Notes under the pieces: generated by a model | Seen by the model: only the letters and a program-made list of their open reading frames with translations | Databases searched by the model: none | Told to the model about the DNA's origin: nothing | Position numbers and translations under genes: made by a program | Origin: Felis catus | Lineage: Eukaryota | Reading direction: 5' to 3' | Assembly: GCF_018350175.1 (NCBI RefSeq) | Contig: NC_058368.1 | Coordinates: 186,374,001-186,438,000 of the forward strand | Length of the DNA stretch: 64,000 nucleotides | Shown: positions 26,414 through 39,084 of the stretch, piece after piece | Numbering within the stretch: position 1 is the first letter of the stretch | Layout: the number at the start of each line of letters is the position of its first letter

Positions 26414-26489
26414 TTAAATTAACTTTGAAAGAAGATAACAGCAGCCAGAGCCATTTTATTTTTTTCATATTTAATACAGAGCTTTCATT

Positions 26490-26700
26490 CTTTTTTAAAA
26501 TTTTTTTAACATTTATTCATTTTTGAGAGACAGAGAGTGTGAGTGGGGCAGGAGCAGAGAGGGAGACACAGAATCTGAAGCAGGCTCCAGATTCTGAGCT
26601 GTCAGCACAGAGCCCAACACTGGGCTCGAAGTCATGAGCCATGAGATCATGATCTGAACCGAAGTCGGATGCTTAACCGACTGAGCCACCCAAGCGCCCC
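26490..26700 (-). mobile_element. Felid SINE
   Basis: Typical structure; TSD agagc(t/a)ttc(a/g)ttctt. Confidence 0.93.
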
Positions 26701-26950
26701 TAGAGCATTCGTTCTTACCTTACCAGTTATGCCCAAAAATGAGCAAATAAACTCCAAGAAAAATAAATAATAGAAATAGACCTACATTGGTTCAAATATT
26801 GTAGTTATCAGAAAGAAACATTAAAACTGTGATTAATATTTTCAGTAAAATATGCACATAATTGGAAATTTTCAGCAGAGAACTTTTTAAAAGATGAATC
26901 ATTGCCAAGAGCTGAAGATTACAACTGTAATTCAGAACAGAGCATATAGG

Positions 26951-27171
26951 TTTTTTTAATTTTTTTAAAATGTTTATTTATTTCTGAGACAGAGAGAGAC
27001 AGAGCATGAGTGAGGGAGGGGCAGAGAGAGAGAGAGACACAGAATCAGAAGCAGGCCCCAGGCTCTGAGCTGTCAGCACAGAGTCCAATGTGGGGCTTGA
27101 ACTCACAAACCGCGAGATCATGACCTGAGCCGAAGTCGGCCGCTCAACCGACTGAGCCACCCAGGCACCCC
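26951..27171 (-). mobile_element. Felid SINE
   Basis: Typical structure; TSD gcatatag. Confidence 0.94.
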
Positions 27172-27278
27172 TGCATATAGTTTTAAGAGAAGATTTGATG
27201 TGGCAGAAGAAAGGATACATGAACTGGACAATAAATTAGTAGAAAAATACCCAGATATAAAAATAAAGAATTTTAATT

Positions 27279-27434
27279 GGAACACCTGGGTGGCTCAGTC
27301 AGTTGAATGTCTGATGCTTGATTTCAACTCAAGTCATGATCCCAGGGTCATGGGATTGAGCCCAGTGTTGGACTCTGTGCTGAGTCTGGAGCTTACTTGA
27401 TATTCTCTCTCTCTGCCCATCACCCTCACTCATG

Positions 27435-27467
<33 letters not shown>

Positions 27468-27487
27468 AAATTTTAGAAAAAAAAAAA
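27279..27487 (+). mobile_element. Carnivore SINE (older type)
   Basis: TSD taaaaataaagaattttaa. Confidence 0.9.
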
Positions 27488-27517
27488 CTCTAAAAATAAA
27501 GAATTTTAAGATACAGA

Positions 27518-27581
27518 ATATAAAATATGTGTGTATATACATATATATACACACATATTTTATATATATATAAAAATTTCA

Positions 27582-27617
<36 letters not shown>

Positions 27618-27627
27618 TGAAATTTTT
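27518..27627. repeat. Two adjacent AT-rich palindromes
   Basis: 27518-27565 has 22-bp perfect arms with a 4-nt loop; 27572-27627 is a perfect 56-bp palindrome centred on (TA)15. Confidence 0.92.
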
Positions 27628-28756
27628 TAACATGAATATTTAGAGGCTTAGGATAAGAGGAGAAAAAGAATAGAGAAGAAGCAATATTGGAAGAAATAAC
27701 AGCTGTGATTCTTGCAAAATTGATGAACACATGAATCTATAGATTTATGAAAACTTATGATCCCCAAACAAATTAAATGCAGAAACAAAAGACAAAACAA
27801 AGTATATCCTGGCACATAATAGAGAAATTATTAAAAGCCAAAGGTAAAAGAAAAATCATCAAAATTTTCCAGAGTTCTTTTATCACTTTCTGAGTTTTTC
27901 TAATTGTGATTTATATTATTCCTTCACATCCTTCATTGTTGCTAAGTATCTGTTAGCTCATTTTAAAGTGGTGACTTGTGGTTTTGATCTGGTTTCATGC
28001 ATATAGATTTCTGCAAGGAAGTTATTTTGCTCTTTATGATTTTTTTTGTCTTGTAATAATTTTGTGCTAGATCTTATCTTGATACTTTTCTGTTATTCTT
28101 TTTTGTTTGTTTGTTTGTTTGTTTTTGTTTTTTTTCTCTTTTTTTTTCTGTTATTCTTTATGTGAAATTAGCATTCCTAAACGTTTAGAATGAAGTGGAA
28201 TTTAGAAAAGCGGTTCTAACTTCACAGAGCTTCCTCTTCTGTTATTTTTATGTAAGGGTCAAAAACAAGGAAGCTTGCTTTCTGGGATTATTTTGGTTAC
28301 TCTTTCACAAACTTTGGTGTGTATGTTCTCTTTCCTGTCTCTTTCTTGTGCCTATCCTGCTCAATTTTTTATTCTACTCTTAATAGTTTCTCATGATGGG
28401 TTGTATTCTGGAAGGGAACCTCTGGTGGTCAGTTTGAGAAATCATAAGGACAAGACTATTTTAAGGGCTGGAATTCCTTGCACTCACTCATTAGTAAGGA
28501 GAATACAGCCCCCACCCATTTCTGTTGCTGTCTGAAAACAATCCCATTACTTTACAATGGATATCAGTTAGCTCTTGGGAATTATCATCTTTTTAGGTCC
28601 TTAGATGACATGCTATTCCTTTATCCTTATTTCTACAGCACAAGGCCAATACCATTCAGGTACTGGGATTTTTAATGGTTTTCCTGTACCCACATAGCAT
28701 TTTAGTGTTCATGGAAAGAGTCTGTCAGCAAGGTTTGTTGTAAATATTGACTATGG

Positions 28757-28997
28757 TTTTTTTTTAATGTTTATTTATTTCTGTGCGTGTGAGAGAGAGA
28801 CAGAGAGAGACAGAGAGGGAAAGAGAGACACAGCACTAGTAGGGAGGGGCAGAGAGAGAGGGAAGCAAGAATCCGAAGCAGGCTCTAGGCTCTGAGCTGT
28901 TAGCACAGAGCCCAATGCAGGGCTCAAACCCATGAGCTGTGAGATCATGATCTGAGCAGAAGCCAGATGCTTAACTGACTGAGCCACACAGGTAGCC
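28757..28997 (-). mobile_element. Felid SINE
   Basis: Typical structure. Confidence 0.92.
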
Positions 28998-29074
28998 TTT
29001 GGTTTTGTTATATAGTTGCTCTACCTGCTTCTATTTGTGAATTTGGAATGCTACCACCACCTGTTTCTGAAATC

Positions 29075-30660
29075 GTCAACCTCATTTATGAGACAAGTTT
29101 TAATATCATAATCTGACAAAGATATTATAAATTAGTAAGATAGTAAGATAAACTTCTCATGACTATAAGTGCAAAAAGTTGAAACAAAATATCAGCAAAC
29201 AATTCCAGCAATATGTAAAAAGGATAACACATCATGAGAAATAGGAATTTAGTTCAGTCATGCAAAGTTATCCAAACTTAAAAAAAAATTGACGTCCATC
29301 ACCACATTAACAAAATTAAGAAAATCACAATATCATCTAAAAAAAATCTTAAAATAATCATTACCCATTTAATAATTAAAAGAAAAACCCTGTCAGCTAA
29401 GTAGGAATAAAACTTCTTAATCTATAAAATTTTCACAAAAGATATTATATCTAGTTGTAAAATATTGAAAATGTTCTCCTGAGATAAAAAAAATAAGACA
29501 GTTATGCCCACTATCACCAACTCTATTCAATGGTATATTAGAAACTCAAAGCTAGTAAATAGGCCCCACTCTACTCCCAAAATGTAAAGATGTAAGGATT
29601 GGAAAGTAAGAAATAAAATTGTCATTGTTCATACACCATGATTGTGTATACTAAAAAATCTAAAAAGATCACTATTAAACTATAATTAATGATCTAAAGC
29701 AGGTTGTTGAATACAAGTTAAATATAGAAAATAAACTATATATCTATATCTATATCTTAATACTGCAGTGATATGAAAATAGTGAAATTTTACAAAGCAA
29801 CATATCTATCAAAGTATCAAAATCAAATGCCTAGGAATAAACCCCAAAATTATGGGAAAGATCTTTACACAGAAATTTAGCAAAACATCTGCGTGAAAAT
29901 AAAAGGAGATCTAAACAAATGAAGGATTATATTAAGTTTAGGGATTTTAAACTTTCTTTTTTTTCTTTAAGTTTATTTATGTGAAAGAGAGAGCACCCCT
30001 GAGGGAGGGGCAGAGAGAGGGAAGGAGAGAGAATCCCAAGCAAGCTCCACACTGTCAGTGCAGAGCCTGACGTGGGACTCAAACTCACAAACCATGAGAT
30101 CATGACCTGAGCCGAAACCAAGAGTCAGATGTCCAACTGACTGAGCCACCCAGGTGCCCCTAAGTTTAGGGATTTTAAAACTTAATATGATAAAGATATC
30201 AAATCTCTCTAACTTGATCTATAAATTTATTCCATGCTACTTAAAATCCAAGCATTTTCTTTTATGTAAGTTAACAAGTTAATTTAAATATTTATATGAA
30301 AATGCAAGCAAAAAAGCCAAAAGGATCTTGAAGAAGAGCCAAGCTAGAGGATTTATATTATCATATATCAAAACTTATTTCAATTTACAAGATGTGCAGT
30401 GACATAAGGCTATACAAATATACTACTAGAAGACAATAGTAAACTCAGATTAATAGACCTATCATATATGTGGACATCTGATTTATCTGTCATGAAGGCA
30501 CCACTACAGTGCTGAAAAGATGGTCTTTCTGATAAATAATGCTAAATAAATTGAAAATTAATTTAAAAAGAAACTTGGCCTGCACTTCAATAAATTCCAG
30601 ATGGATTGTACATCTACATGAAAAAGGTAGATCAGTAAAATTTCTTGAAGATAACATAGG
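29075..30660 (+). mobile_element. Old L1 ORF2 (RT region) remnant
   Basis: Degenerate ORF2 motifs (tgcccactatcacc...ctattcaa, ttgtcattgttcatac...atgattgtgtat). Confidence 0.75.
29953..30160 (-). mobile_element. Carnivore SINE
   Basis: TSD taagtttagggattttaaa. Confidence 0.94.
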
Positions 30661-31647
30661 CTAACTGAGCATATTTCTTGATAAGGGCAAGCTAGATTAC
30701 AGGAAAAGGAAGTAAATGAGATCAGACATTAATCATCACTCCAAGGTCTTCCTCCATCCATGACCTGTAAATCCTATAAATAAATTACTGCTCTGTAAAC
30801 TATTCCTGGAGAGTTATTGTACCTCCTCAGTCCAGTCACATTATAGACCAGGATGTAATGAAAAAATATTTTAAGTAGAATATATTTTTATCACAATGCT
30901 GTATTAATAGGTCTTGGTATTTTTGGCCTGTAGCTTCTAGGAGTCAGAGACCATGTCTACTATCTCAAAAATATACTAATAAAGTATATTTCATTCTTCA
31001 TTCATTTCTCAAGTCATCACACGTTAATTATTAGGTGCATCCTATGAGTGAATGCTAGGTTAAGATAATGAGGAAGTGTACTTTTTGTTCTCTTTAATTG
31101 ACTTACAATCTACTTAGGAAAATATATATAATTTTAAACTGTTTAAGTGCCCTTTTGCTACTTCATATCTTAATACCATAGTTAAAAAATATAAATTCAC
31201 TTCCAGACAATTAATATTTATTAAGTGTCTACATTGTGCTTAGCACTCTGCAATGTCATATATGCCAGAGATATGAAAAAAATATGATCATGGTTCTTGC
31301 TCTCAAGAATTTTATAAAGCAATTGAATGAAGGCTATAAAGACTTTCTACTCTGTGATTTCAATAAATTTTTACTGTAATCACGACTCTATCTCCTTGAA
31401 ATAAAACATAAATCATAAATAAAGAGGCACTGCTTCCCATACAGCTCTGTATATTTCATGGTAGAAAATTGATAAGTCAAATAATTTTAAAATGAGTTTG
31501 AATTACAACAAATTCAAACTCTGTGGCAGGATGTTGATAGTTGGGGAGACTGTGTGTGGGGAGAGGAATAGGGGCTTATGGGATTTTTCAGTACTTTCTG
31601 CTCAATTTTGCAGTCAACTTAAACTGTTCTAAAAACTAAAATTTTTA

Positions 31648-31870
31648 GGAGTGCCTGGGTGGCTCAGTCAGTTAAGCGTCTGACTTCAGCTCAGGTCATG
31701 TTCTCATAATTTGTGGGTTTGAGCCCCACATCGGGCTTAGTGCTGACAGCTCAGAGCTTGGAGCCTACTTTGGATTCTGTGTCTCCCTCTCTCTCTGCCA
31801 CTCCCCCACTCTTACTCTGTCTCTCTCTTTAAAAAATAAACATTAATTTTTTTTAAATAAATAAAATAAA
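31648..31870 (+). mobile_element. Felid SINE inserted in the tail of a short L1MC-type 3' end (~31520-31645)
   Basis: Typical SINE, preceded by gtactttctgctcaattttgc...aaactgttctaaaaa. Confidence 0.92.
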
Positions 31871-33057
31871 ATTTCTATGTAAAAAAATAGGTTTATCATG
31901 TTATGTCAATGATGTGTTCTTTTAGAAGCTATGCCTAACACTTTCTTATTTTATGAGACCAGCATTGCCCAAACCAAATAAATAGATTATAAGAAAAGTA
32001 AATTGCACACGAATCTCTCATTAATGTACATATAAAATCCTCAACTAAATATTAAAAGCTTGAATCCAAAACAGACTAAGAATTATATGCCATCACAAAG
32101 TATAAGTTATCCAAGCATGCAAGACTGTTTCAAAATTTGAAAATCAATTAGTATAATATACCACAGGGACAAAAGAAAGAAGCAAAATCATATGATTGTA
32201 TTGACATTGAAAGAGATTTGACAAAACCAACACTCATCCATGATAACAGCTCTTAGCAAACTAGGAATAGAGGGGAACTTAACCTTGATAAAGAATAGTT
32301 ACAAAACTAAACAAAACAAAAAATTACAAGTAACATAATAGTTGTGAGAAACTAAGGACCCCTGTAAGATGAAGGAAAAGGAACAATTTTCCTTTTAACC
32401 CCTCTTGTCCAACATTGTACTGGAAGCTCTACTGGTACCATAAGACAAGAAAAAGAAATATTATATATATAGATTAGAAAAGAATAAATGATTGTCTTTA
32501 TTCATAGATGACATGATTGCATAGAAAACCTAAAATAATCAGAAACTATCTCCTGGAACTTATAATAAGTATTGTGAAATCACAGATATAAGGTCAATAA
32601 ACTAAAGTCTATTGCTTTCCTATGCCAGTGATGAATATTAGACATTGAAACTGAAAAGACAATAAATTTATAATAACACCAAAATAAGTTAAATATTTAC
32701 ATACACATCCAAGAAATATGTACAGGATCTGTAGGTGAAAAACCACAAAACAGTAATAAAGGGAATCAAAGTAGATCCAAATAAATGGACAGATATTCTG
32801 TGCCAATGGATTTGAAGACTGAATATCATTAATGTCAATTCTTTCAAACTTTATCTACAGATCTCCGACAAGTATCCCTATTTTATATATATCAACAAAC
32901 TGATTCTAAAGTTCTAATTGAAAGGCCAAACCTTAGAATAAGCAGCACAATACCAAAAGAAAAGAAAAGAAAAAGCAGAAGGATTCACACCAACCAACTT
33001 CAACACTTACTATCAACCTATAATAAGTATACAGATTAATGGAAGATAATAGAGCAC

Positions 33058-33803
33058 TGTGATATCGTGATTTGATCATTCAGATGACCAAATATATATT
33101 TGGTACATCAGTGACGTGACTTTTGGAAGGCACTTGAGGATGGGGGCTGGTAGCCAATGGAGGCAACCATGTCATTAGAGGGTTGAAAAGTTCAGCCCCA
33201 CCCCCTGATCTCTAGGGAGAGGAGAGGGGCTGGAGGTTGAATCAATTGCCAATAGCCAATGATTCGATCAATCATGTGTGTATACTGAAACCTCCATAAA
33301 AGAAACAAAAGAACAGGGTTCAGAGAGCTTCCATGTTGGTAAATATGTGAAGATACGAGGAGAATAGTATGCCCAGAGAGTGCATGGAATCTCTTAACTC
33401 CTTCCCACATACTTTGCCCATGCATCTTTTCTAATTGGCTGTTCCTGAATTGTATCCTTTTAAAATAAATCAGTAATTTAGTGTGTAAATGGGTTTTCTG
33501 AGTTCTGCAAGCTGCTCTAGCAGATTAAGGAAACCCAAGGATTGAGTCTTAGGAACCTCTGATTCACAGCCAGCTCATCAAAAGCATAGCTAACAACCTG
33601 GGCTTATTAACTGGCACCTGAGGTAGGGGGTAAAGGATAGTCTTGTAGACTGAACCCTTAAACTGTGGAATCTGATGGTATCTCTAAGTAGATAAATGTC
33701 AGAATTGAGTTGAATTATAGATCACCCAGCTGGTGTTCTGAAAATTGCTTGTTGGTGTGAAGAACCATCCCTGCTCTACACTGGAATTGGGTCCAGGAAC
33801 CCA
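33058..33803 (+). mobile_element. MER21-like solo LTR inserted in L1
   Basis: TG...CA ends; ttcagccccacccc...ggggctggaggttga...gccaatgatt...cagggttcagagagcttcc; AATAAA near 33464. Strand assigned from the polyA signal. Confidence 0.8.
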
Positions 33804-34143
33804 GAATTTAAGAGGCCAGAAACAGATCCACATAAATATAGTCAACTAATCTTTCTCAGTGTTTCAAAGGCAATTCAATACAGAAAGGATAATATTATCA
33901 ACAAATGGAGCTGGTGCAATTGAATACCCAATTTTTTTTTTTAAATGAACCTAGAAAAGATCTTTCACATATCTCAAACAATAACATTCAAAGAACCCTA
34001 TACCTAAAGGTAAAACTAAAAACCTGTAAAACTTTTAGAAGAAAGCACAGAAATAAATCTATATGATTTAGTTTTGTAGTGAATTTTTAGATATAACACC
34101 AAAATCATGATCCATGAAAGAAGTGATTAATAATTTTGTCTAC

Positions 34144-34339
34144 TTTTTTACATTAAAAAAATTTTTTTGAGAGACAGAGAGAGAGACAGAGTGTGATCAG
34201 GGGAAGGGCAGAGAGAGAGGGAGACAAAGAATCTGAAGCAAACACCAGGCTCTGAGCTGTCAGCACAGAGCCTGAGGAGGGGCTTAAACTCATAAACCAC
34301 AAGAAGGTCATTTAACCAACTGAGCAACGCAGGTGCCCC
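34144..34339 (-). mobile_element. Felid SINE with internal deletion
   Basis: Typical structure; TSD ttttgtct. Confidence 0.9.
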
Positions 34340-35381
34340 TACTTTTGTCTGTTAAAACTGAAAATATGTGCTCTGAGAAAGACACCATTAAGTCACTAAA
34401 AAGATAATACACAGACTGGAAAAAATATGTGCAAAATCTATTTGATAAAGAACTTGTATCCAAAATATGCAAAGATATTGTTAAACTACAAGAAAACAAC
34501 CTAATGTAAAAAACAGCAAAAGATCTGAACACAAAGATAATATATATATTATATATTATATGTCATGTATTTTTTACATATATGTGTGAATGATAAATAT
34601 GCATATAAAAATATCTAGCCCAATTTGTCATTAGGGAAATTAAAATTAAAATAACAATGAGACACTACTACACACACATGAGAATATCTAAACTCCATAA
34701 AACTGACAATACCAATTGCTAGTGACAATTTACAGCAATAGGAATTCTCATTCACTGCTAGTGGAAATTCGAAATATTCAAGTTTTTTGTTTTTTTTTTT
34801 ATAAAGCAAACCATACAATCTGACTGATCTGAAAATTATAGCCACTACACAAGCCTGCATGTAAGTGTCTACAGTAGCCAAAACTTTTTAGCCAAATTGC
34901 CAAAAAAGTGGAAACAACCAAGATGTTCTTGAATAAGAGTATATATAAACAAGTTTGTGGCATATCAATATAATAGAACACTAGTTAGCAATTTAAAGGA
35001 ATAAGTGAAAGAAGGAATGACATAAAAGGCTACATACTATATGATTTCATTCTTTCAATATCCTGGAAAAGTGAAAAATATGGAAATGGTAAACAAATCA
35101 GTGGTTGAAAGTGTTGATAGAATGTGAAAAAAATGACCCTTTAACTCTGTGGTCTTCCATCCAAAAACACACAATGACAGTCTAGTCATGAGAAAACTGT
35201 AGACAAATTCCAACTGAGGACCATTCTACAAAATGCCTAATCACTACTTCTTAAAACTATTAAGATCATTAAAAAAACCCAGAATCTCCAAAAAGGAAAA
35301 ATTTAGTTTGGGCTATATGAGAACTCTATTATACCTTCACAATTTTTCTAAATCTATTCTAAATGTCAAAATTGATTTTTT

Positions 35382-35600
35382 GGGGTCACCTGGGTGGCTC
35401 AGTCAGTTAAGCATCCAACTTCAGCTCAGGTCATGATCTCTCAATTTGTGAGTTTGAGCCCCACATTGGGTTCTGTGCTGACAGCTCAGAGCCTGGAGCT
35501 TGCTTTAGATTCTGTGTCTACCTCTCACTCGGCCTCTCCTCTGCTCATTCTCTCTCTTTCTCTCTCAAAAATAATAAGTGAACATAAAAATAATTAAAAA
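35382..35600 (+). mobile_element. Felid SINE
   Basis: Typical structure. Confidence 0.92.
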
Positions 35601-36678
35601 TTTACTTTTTAAAGAAAAATCCATCCTTTGTGTGAAAAACAATTTGTGTGAAAAACAATTTGAGTAAGTGCACAAGAGAATTTTTTATGATGATAAAACT
35701 ATTCTGTAATTATTATAATAGTGGATGTATGACATCATGCATTTACAAACCCATAGAAATTTAGAGAAAAAAGAGTGGGACTTAATACATAGAAATTAAA
35801 TTAAAAATTTAACAATTTGGTGATCTCAAAATGGAATGAAAACTATGAAGAAAATCAAACTATATTGTAAGTATACGAAACAGTCTCATTGAAGGGACTG
35901 GCCAAAATGTTGCTGATCTAAGTAACACTGGAAATGAATGGAGTCTGTAAGGCTAAAGCAAAAGGAAATGCACAAAAACACTTTAGTTCATAAAGTTTTT
36001 ATTTTCCTCTACAGGGGTATGATTAAAAATTTGGAAACCACTCTACATGTGTACTGGAATTGAACATTAGTTCAATAGATGGTGAATTGTGGAAGCCAGG
36101 TTTCTCACTGTTGGAATAGGAGATTACACACAAACAAGGAAATAAGGCTATGATAATCCACATGATAACGGTTCAGAGTTGGAGACACCAGTATTATCTC
36201 ATGTTTAGCTCAATATAGATACAGATGGATAAATGTTACATATAATGAACATCACAGCTGGTGCCCATATCTTTTTTCCTTATGTCATTCTCTAATAAAA
36301 GGGTCAAGACTCTGGAGAAATGGTTGATTCTAGGACAACCAGGAAATATACAGAATGAGTCTGGAGCATTTTGTTTTTCCAGAAAGTAAGGAAGTACTAT
36401 AAATAACAAATACAACAATAGAAGTATTTCAAAGGGACACATAAGCCAATTGAAATATTATCCAATGATCAAAGCTAGAACATTGTGAGCAACAGAATAA
36501 ATAATCTAGTATTGGAATATAATTCTAAGAATAAAGTAAGTATCTATGAGTCTATGCTAATATAGACAAATATATAATTAAACACATAAATGGGGGACAA
36601 CAAATTTCCCATGAGAAAATTCGAAATAATTTTTGTAGGTACTCCACCCTCAGGGAAATGGAGCATAATTCCCTATGC

Positions 36679-36681
<3 letters not shown>

Positions 36682-36721
<40 letters not shown>
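36682..36721. repeat. (AC)20 microsatellite
   Basis: Perfect repeat seen directly. Confidence 0.95.
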
Positions 36722-36724
<3 letters not shown>

Positions 36725-36929
36725 ATTTTGCACCATGAAAGAACAGCCAGAGTTCAAATGTGAATATTCTTTGTAAACTGAATAGGGTAAAAGGAATAGA
36801 GGCTGTGATAATAATCTAAATATGCCATATTTAGATCAAGTAGAGATGATGAAATCTGGGAACCCCTTGTTAGTATACTTGGAAAATGGCCTCGAAAATA
36901 TTAAAATAATAGCTCTTCATTTATCCTCT

Positions 36930-37290
36930 GTTGTAATAATCTGGATTCTTTCTATTGCAGTTGACAGAGCCCAACTCAAACTGAAGCAAAAAAGGAGAAT
37001 TTATTTGGTTAGAGAACTGCAAAGCTCTGAAATATCTGCTAACTTCAGAAATGGACAGAACTAGGAGTTCAAAACTGTTTTTAATATCTGTATCTCTCTA
37101 TAGTCAATTCATGATTTACTCTGGCTGGCTTTATTCTGAGACTTCCACCTCATGGCAGCTACAGGCTTATAGTCTTCTAGCTCAGCAGCATCTCTAGAAA
37201 ATATGGTTACCCTTTCCAAATAAATTAAAAAAAAAATACGAGTTGAGTCTTATTGGGCCAGCTGGGCTCATAATTTACCACTTCTGTAAA
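36930..37290 (-). mobile_element. Old MaLR (MLT1-type) LTR fragment
   Basis: ttgcagttgacagagcccaactcaaactg...aggagaatttatt...gagtcttattgggccagctgggctca. Confidence 0.5.
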
Positions 37291-38199
37291 GTACAGTGGG
37301 ATGTTCTAGAACTGAATAATGCAGTTATCTCTGACAGAAGCAGTAACTCAAAGGAAATGGCCCTTTATGGTTAATTGAATAAGGACCATTTTTTTTTTTA
37401 ATGTGTGATTTCAAGTTCTATACATTGGATAACTGACTACATGTAAAAACAGTAAAAATGGATAAATGTAAAAATAGAAACAGGAGTAAGTTTAAGGCAA
37501 AAGTAAGATAATGTACCTAGTTTTGAGCAATTTGACTTTCAAGTGGCATGGGGATAATGAATTGGGTTTGTCTAAAAAGAAATCTATGTTGAGAGACTAT
37601 TGAATAAAAGTTAGCAAATGAAGAACTTTTTGTTTGTAATTTAATTTTATATACTATTGGAAGTTTTATGTACATATATTTAAAAAAAAAAATGCTACCA
37701 GAATCCTGTGTAGAGTAGACCAAATGTCTCAATGTGTAACTCACTGGTTCAAGTGACAAATGTGATATGGTATTTTGTTGCTCTTTGAGCTTAAATAAAT
37801 AAATAAATAATGATGGTTTAATAAAGATTGAAATAATGCCTAAAATCACTCCTCATATTTTAGGGAAATAAGGTATTCAACCACAAAATGAGGTGTGATA
37901 TACAAAAAAGTACAAACTTAAGATTTTGATCAAAGGTGTCTGTTATTTCTCCTCTGTTCCCCAAATGACTTTCCTGTCTCCTCGAATAGACAAAAACTCC
38001 AATAGTTGCCAGGAAAAAAAAAAAGCTAAGAACACAAAATTTCAAAAAAATTGTTTGGCTGTAAATAAAGGTAGCAAAAGTGTCCATACTCAGTCATGCC
38101 TCATAAAGTTCCTTTCACACAACCGAATGACCATATAGTTTTATATTCTCTGTAAACAAGACATAAAATAGCATAATGGTTCAATGAGTCCCATACCTG

Positions 38200-38201
<2 letters not shown>

Positions 38202-38244
<43 letters not shown>
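38202..38244. repeat. (AT)n microsatellite, about 21 units
   Basis: Seen directly. Confidence 0.95.
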
Positions 38245-38245
<1 letters not shown>

Positions 38246-38381
38246 TGAAAGAAACTGTGGTCCATTATTGTTGTTTGAGTACTTTGACTGCAAGCAACAG
38301 GGACTGATTCAGACAAAGCAAAACAAAACATATATGGGTATAGGGAGGTTACAAGTCAGTCTCAAAATTAAAGAGATTATT

Positions 38382-38756
38382 TGTTATGGGTTCAATTGTG
38401 TCCCCTCCCAAATACATTTATAGAATGTACCTCAGAATATAAACAGTGGAGATAGGACCTTTAAAGAGGCAATTAAATGAAGGTGAAGTTCAATGGGTGG
38501 GTTCTAATCCAATATGACTGATGTCTTGATAAGAAGAGGAGATTAGGACACAGATATAACACAAAGGAAAGACCATGTGAAAACACAGGAGGAAGGCCAT
38601 CTACAAGCCACTGAGAGAAGTCTCCTAAGAAACCAACTCTGCTGATATCTGACCTTGATCTTGGACTTTTAGACTCCAGAAGTATAGGAAAATACATTTC
38701 TATTGTTTAAACCTCCCAATCTGTGGTACTTGTTTATGGCAGCCCTGACAAATACC
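38382..38756 (+). mobile_element. MLT1A/B-type MaLR solo LTR
   Basis: tgttatgggttcaattgtgtcccc...ctaatccaatatgactg...tgtggtacttgtttatggcagccct. Confidence 0.88.
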
Positions 38757-39084
38757 ACTGAACACTAGGTCTCAGAAAGAATGCAAATAAAGTTATTTCC
38801 AGATATTGCTGTAAAATCCAGTGAATTGTTATTTCAGAATTGTAGCTTTGAATTAAATAAGTATAAACTCAGTCCATCCTTACATAAATTCAAAGTACAC
38901 AATTCCCAGGAGAAAGAAGCTGATTGGCTAAGACTGAGTAACATACTTACCTTTTCACTAGGATAAAAAAATATCTTGATTTAACAGCTGCACCAAAATT
39001 GCATAAAATAAGAGAAATGGAAAATAAATAATGTAATAAATAATTTCTACTACAGCTATTAACATCTTCCAGAATGTTACTCTC

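Larger units (their letters stand above)
26740..27870 (+). mobile_element. Old L1 ORF1-region fragment with two nested SINEs
   Basis: Translates AEERIHELDNK (L1 ORF1p coiled-coil AEERISELED-like); gcagaagaa and gaagcaatatt motifs. Confidence 0.65.
31930..36680 (+). mobile_element. Old L1 (L1MC-like) ORF2 to 3'UTR with nested LTR, SINEs and L1 fragment
   Basis: Colinear degenerate ORF2 motifs (tctttattcatagatgacatgatt, cagatccacataaatatagtcaactaatcttt) and a long L1MC-type 3'UTR. Confidence 0.8.
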
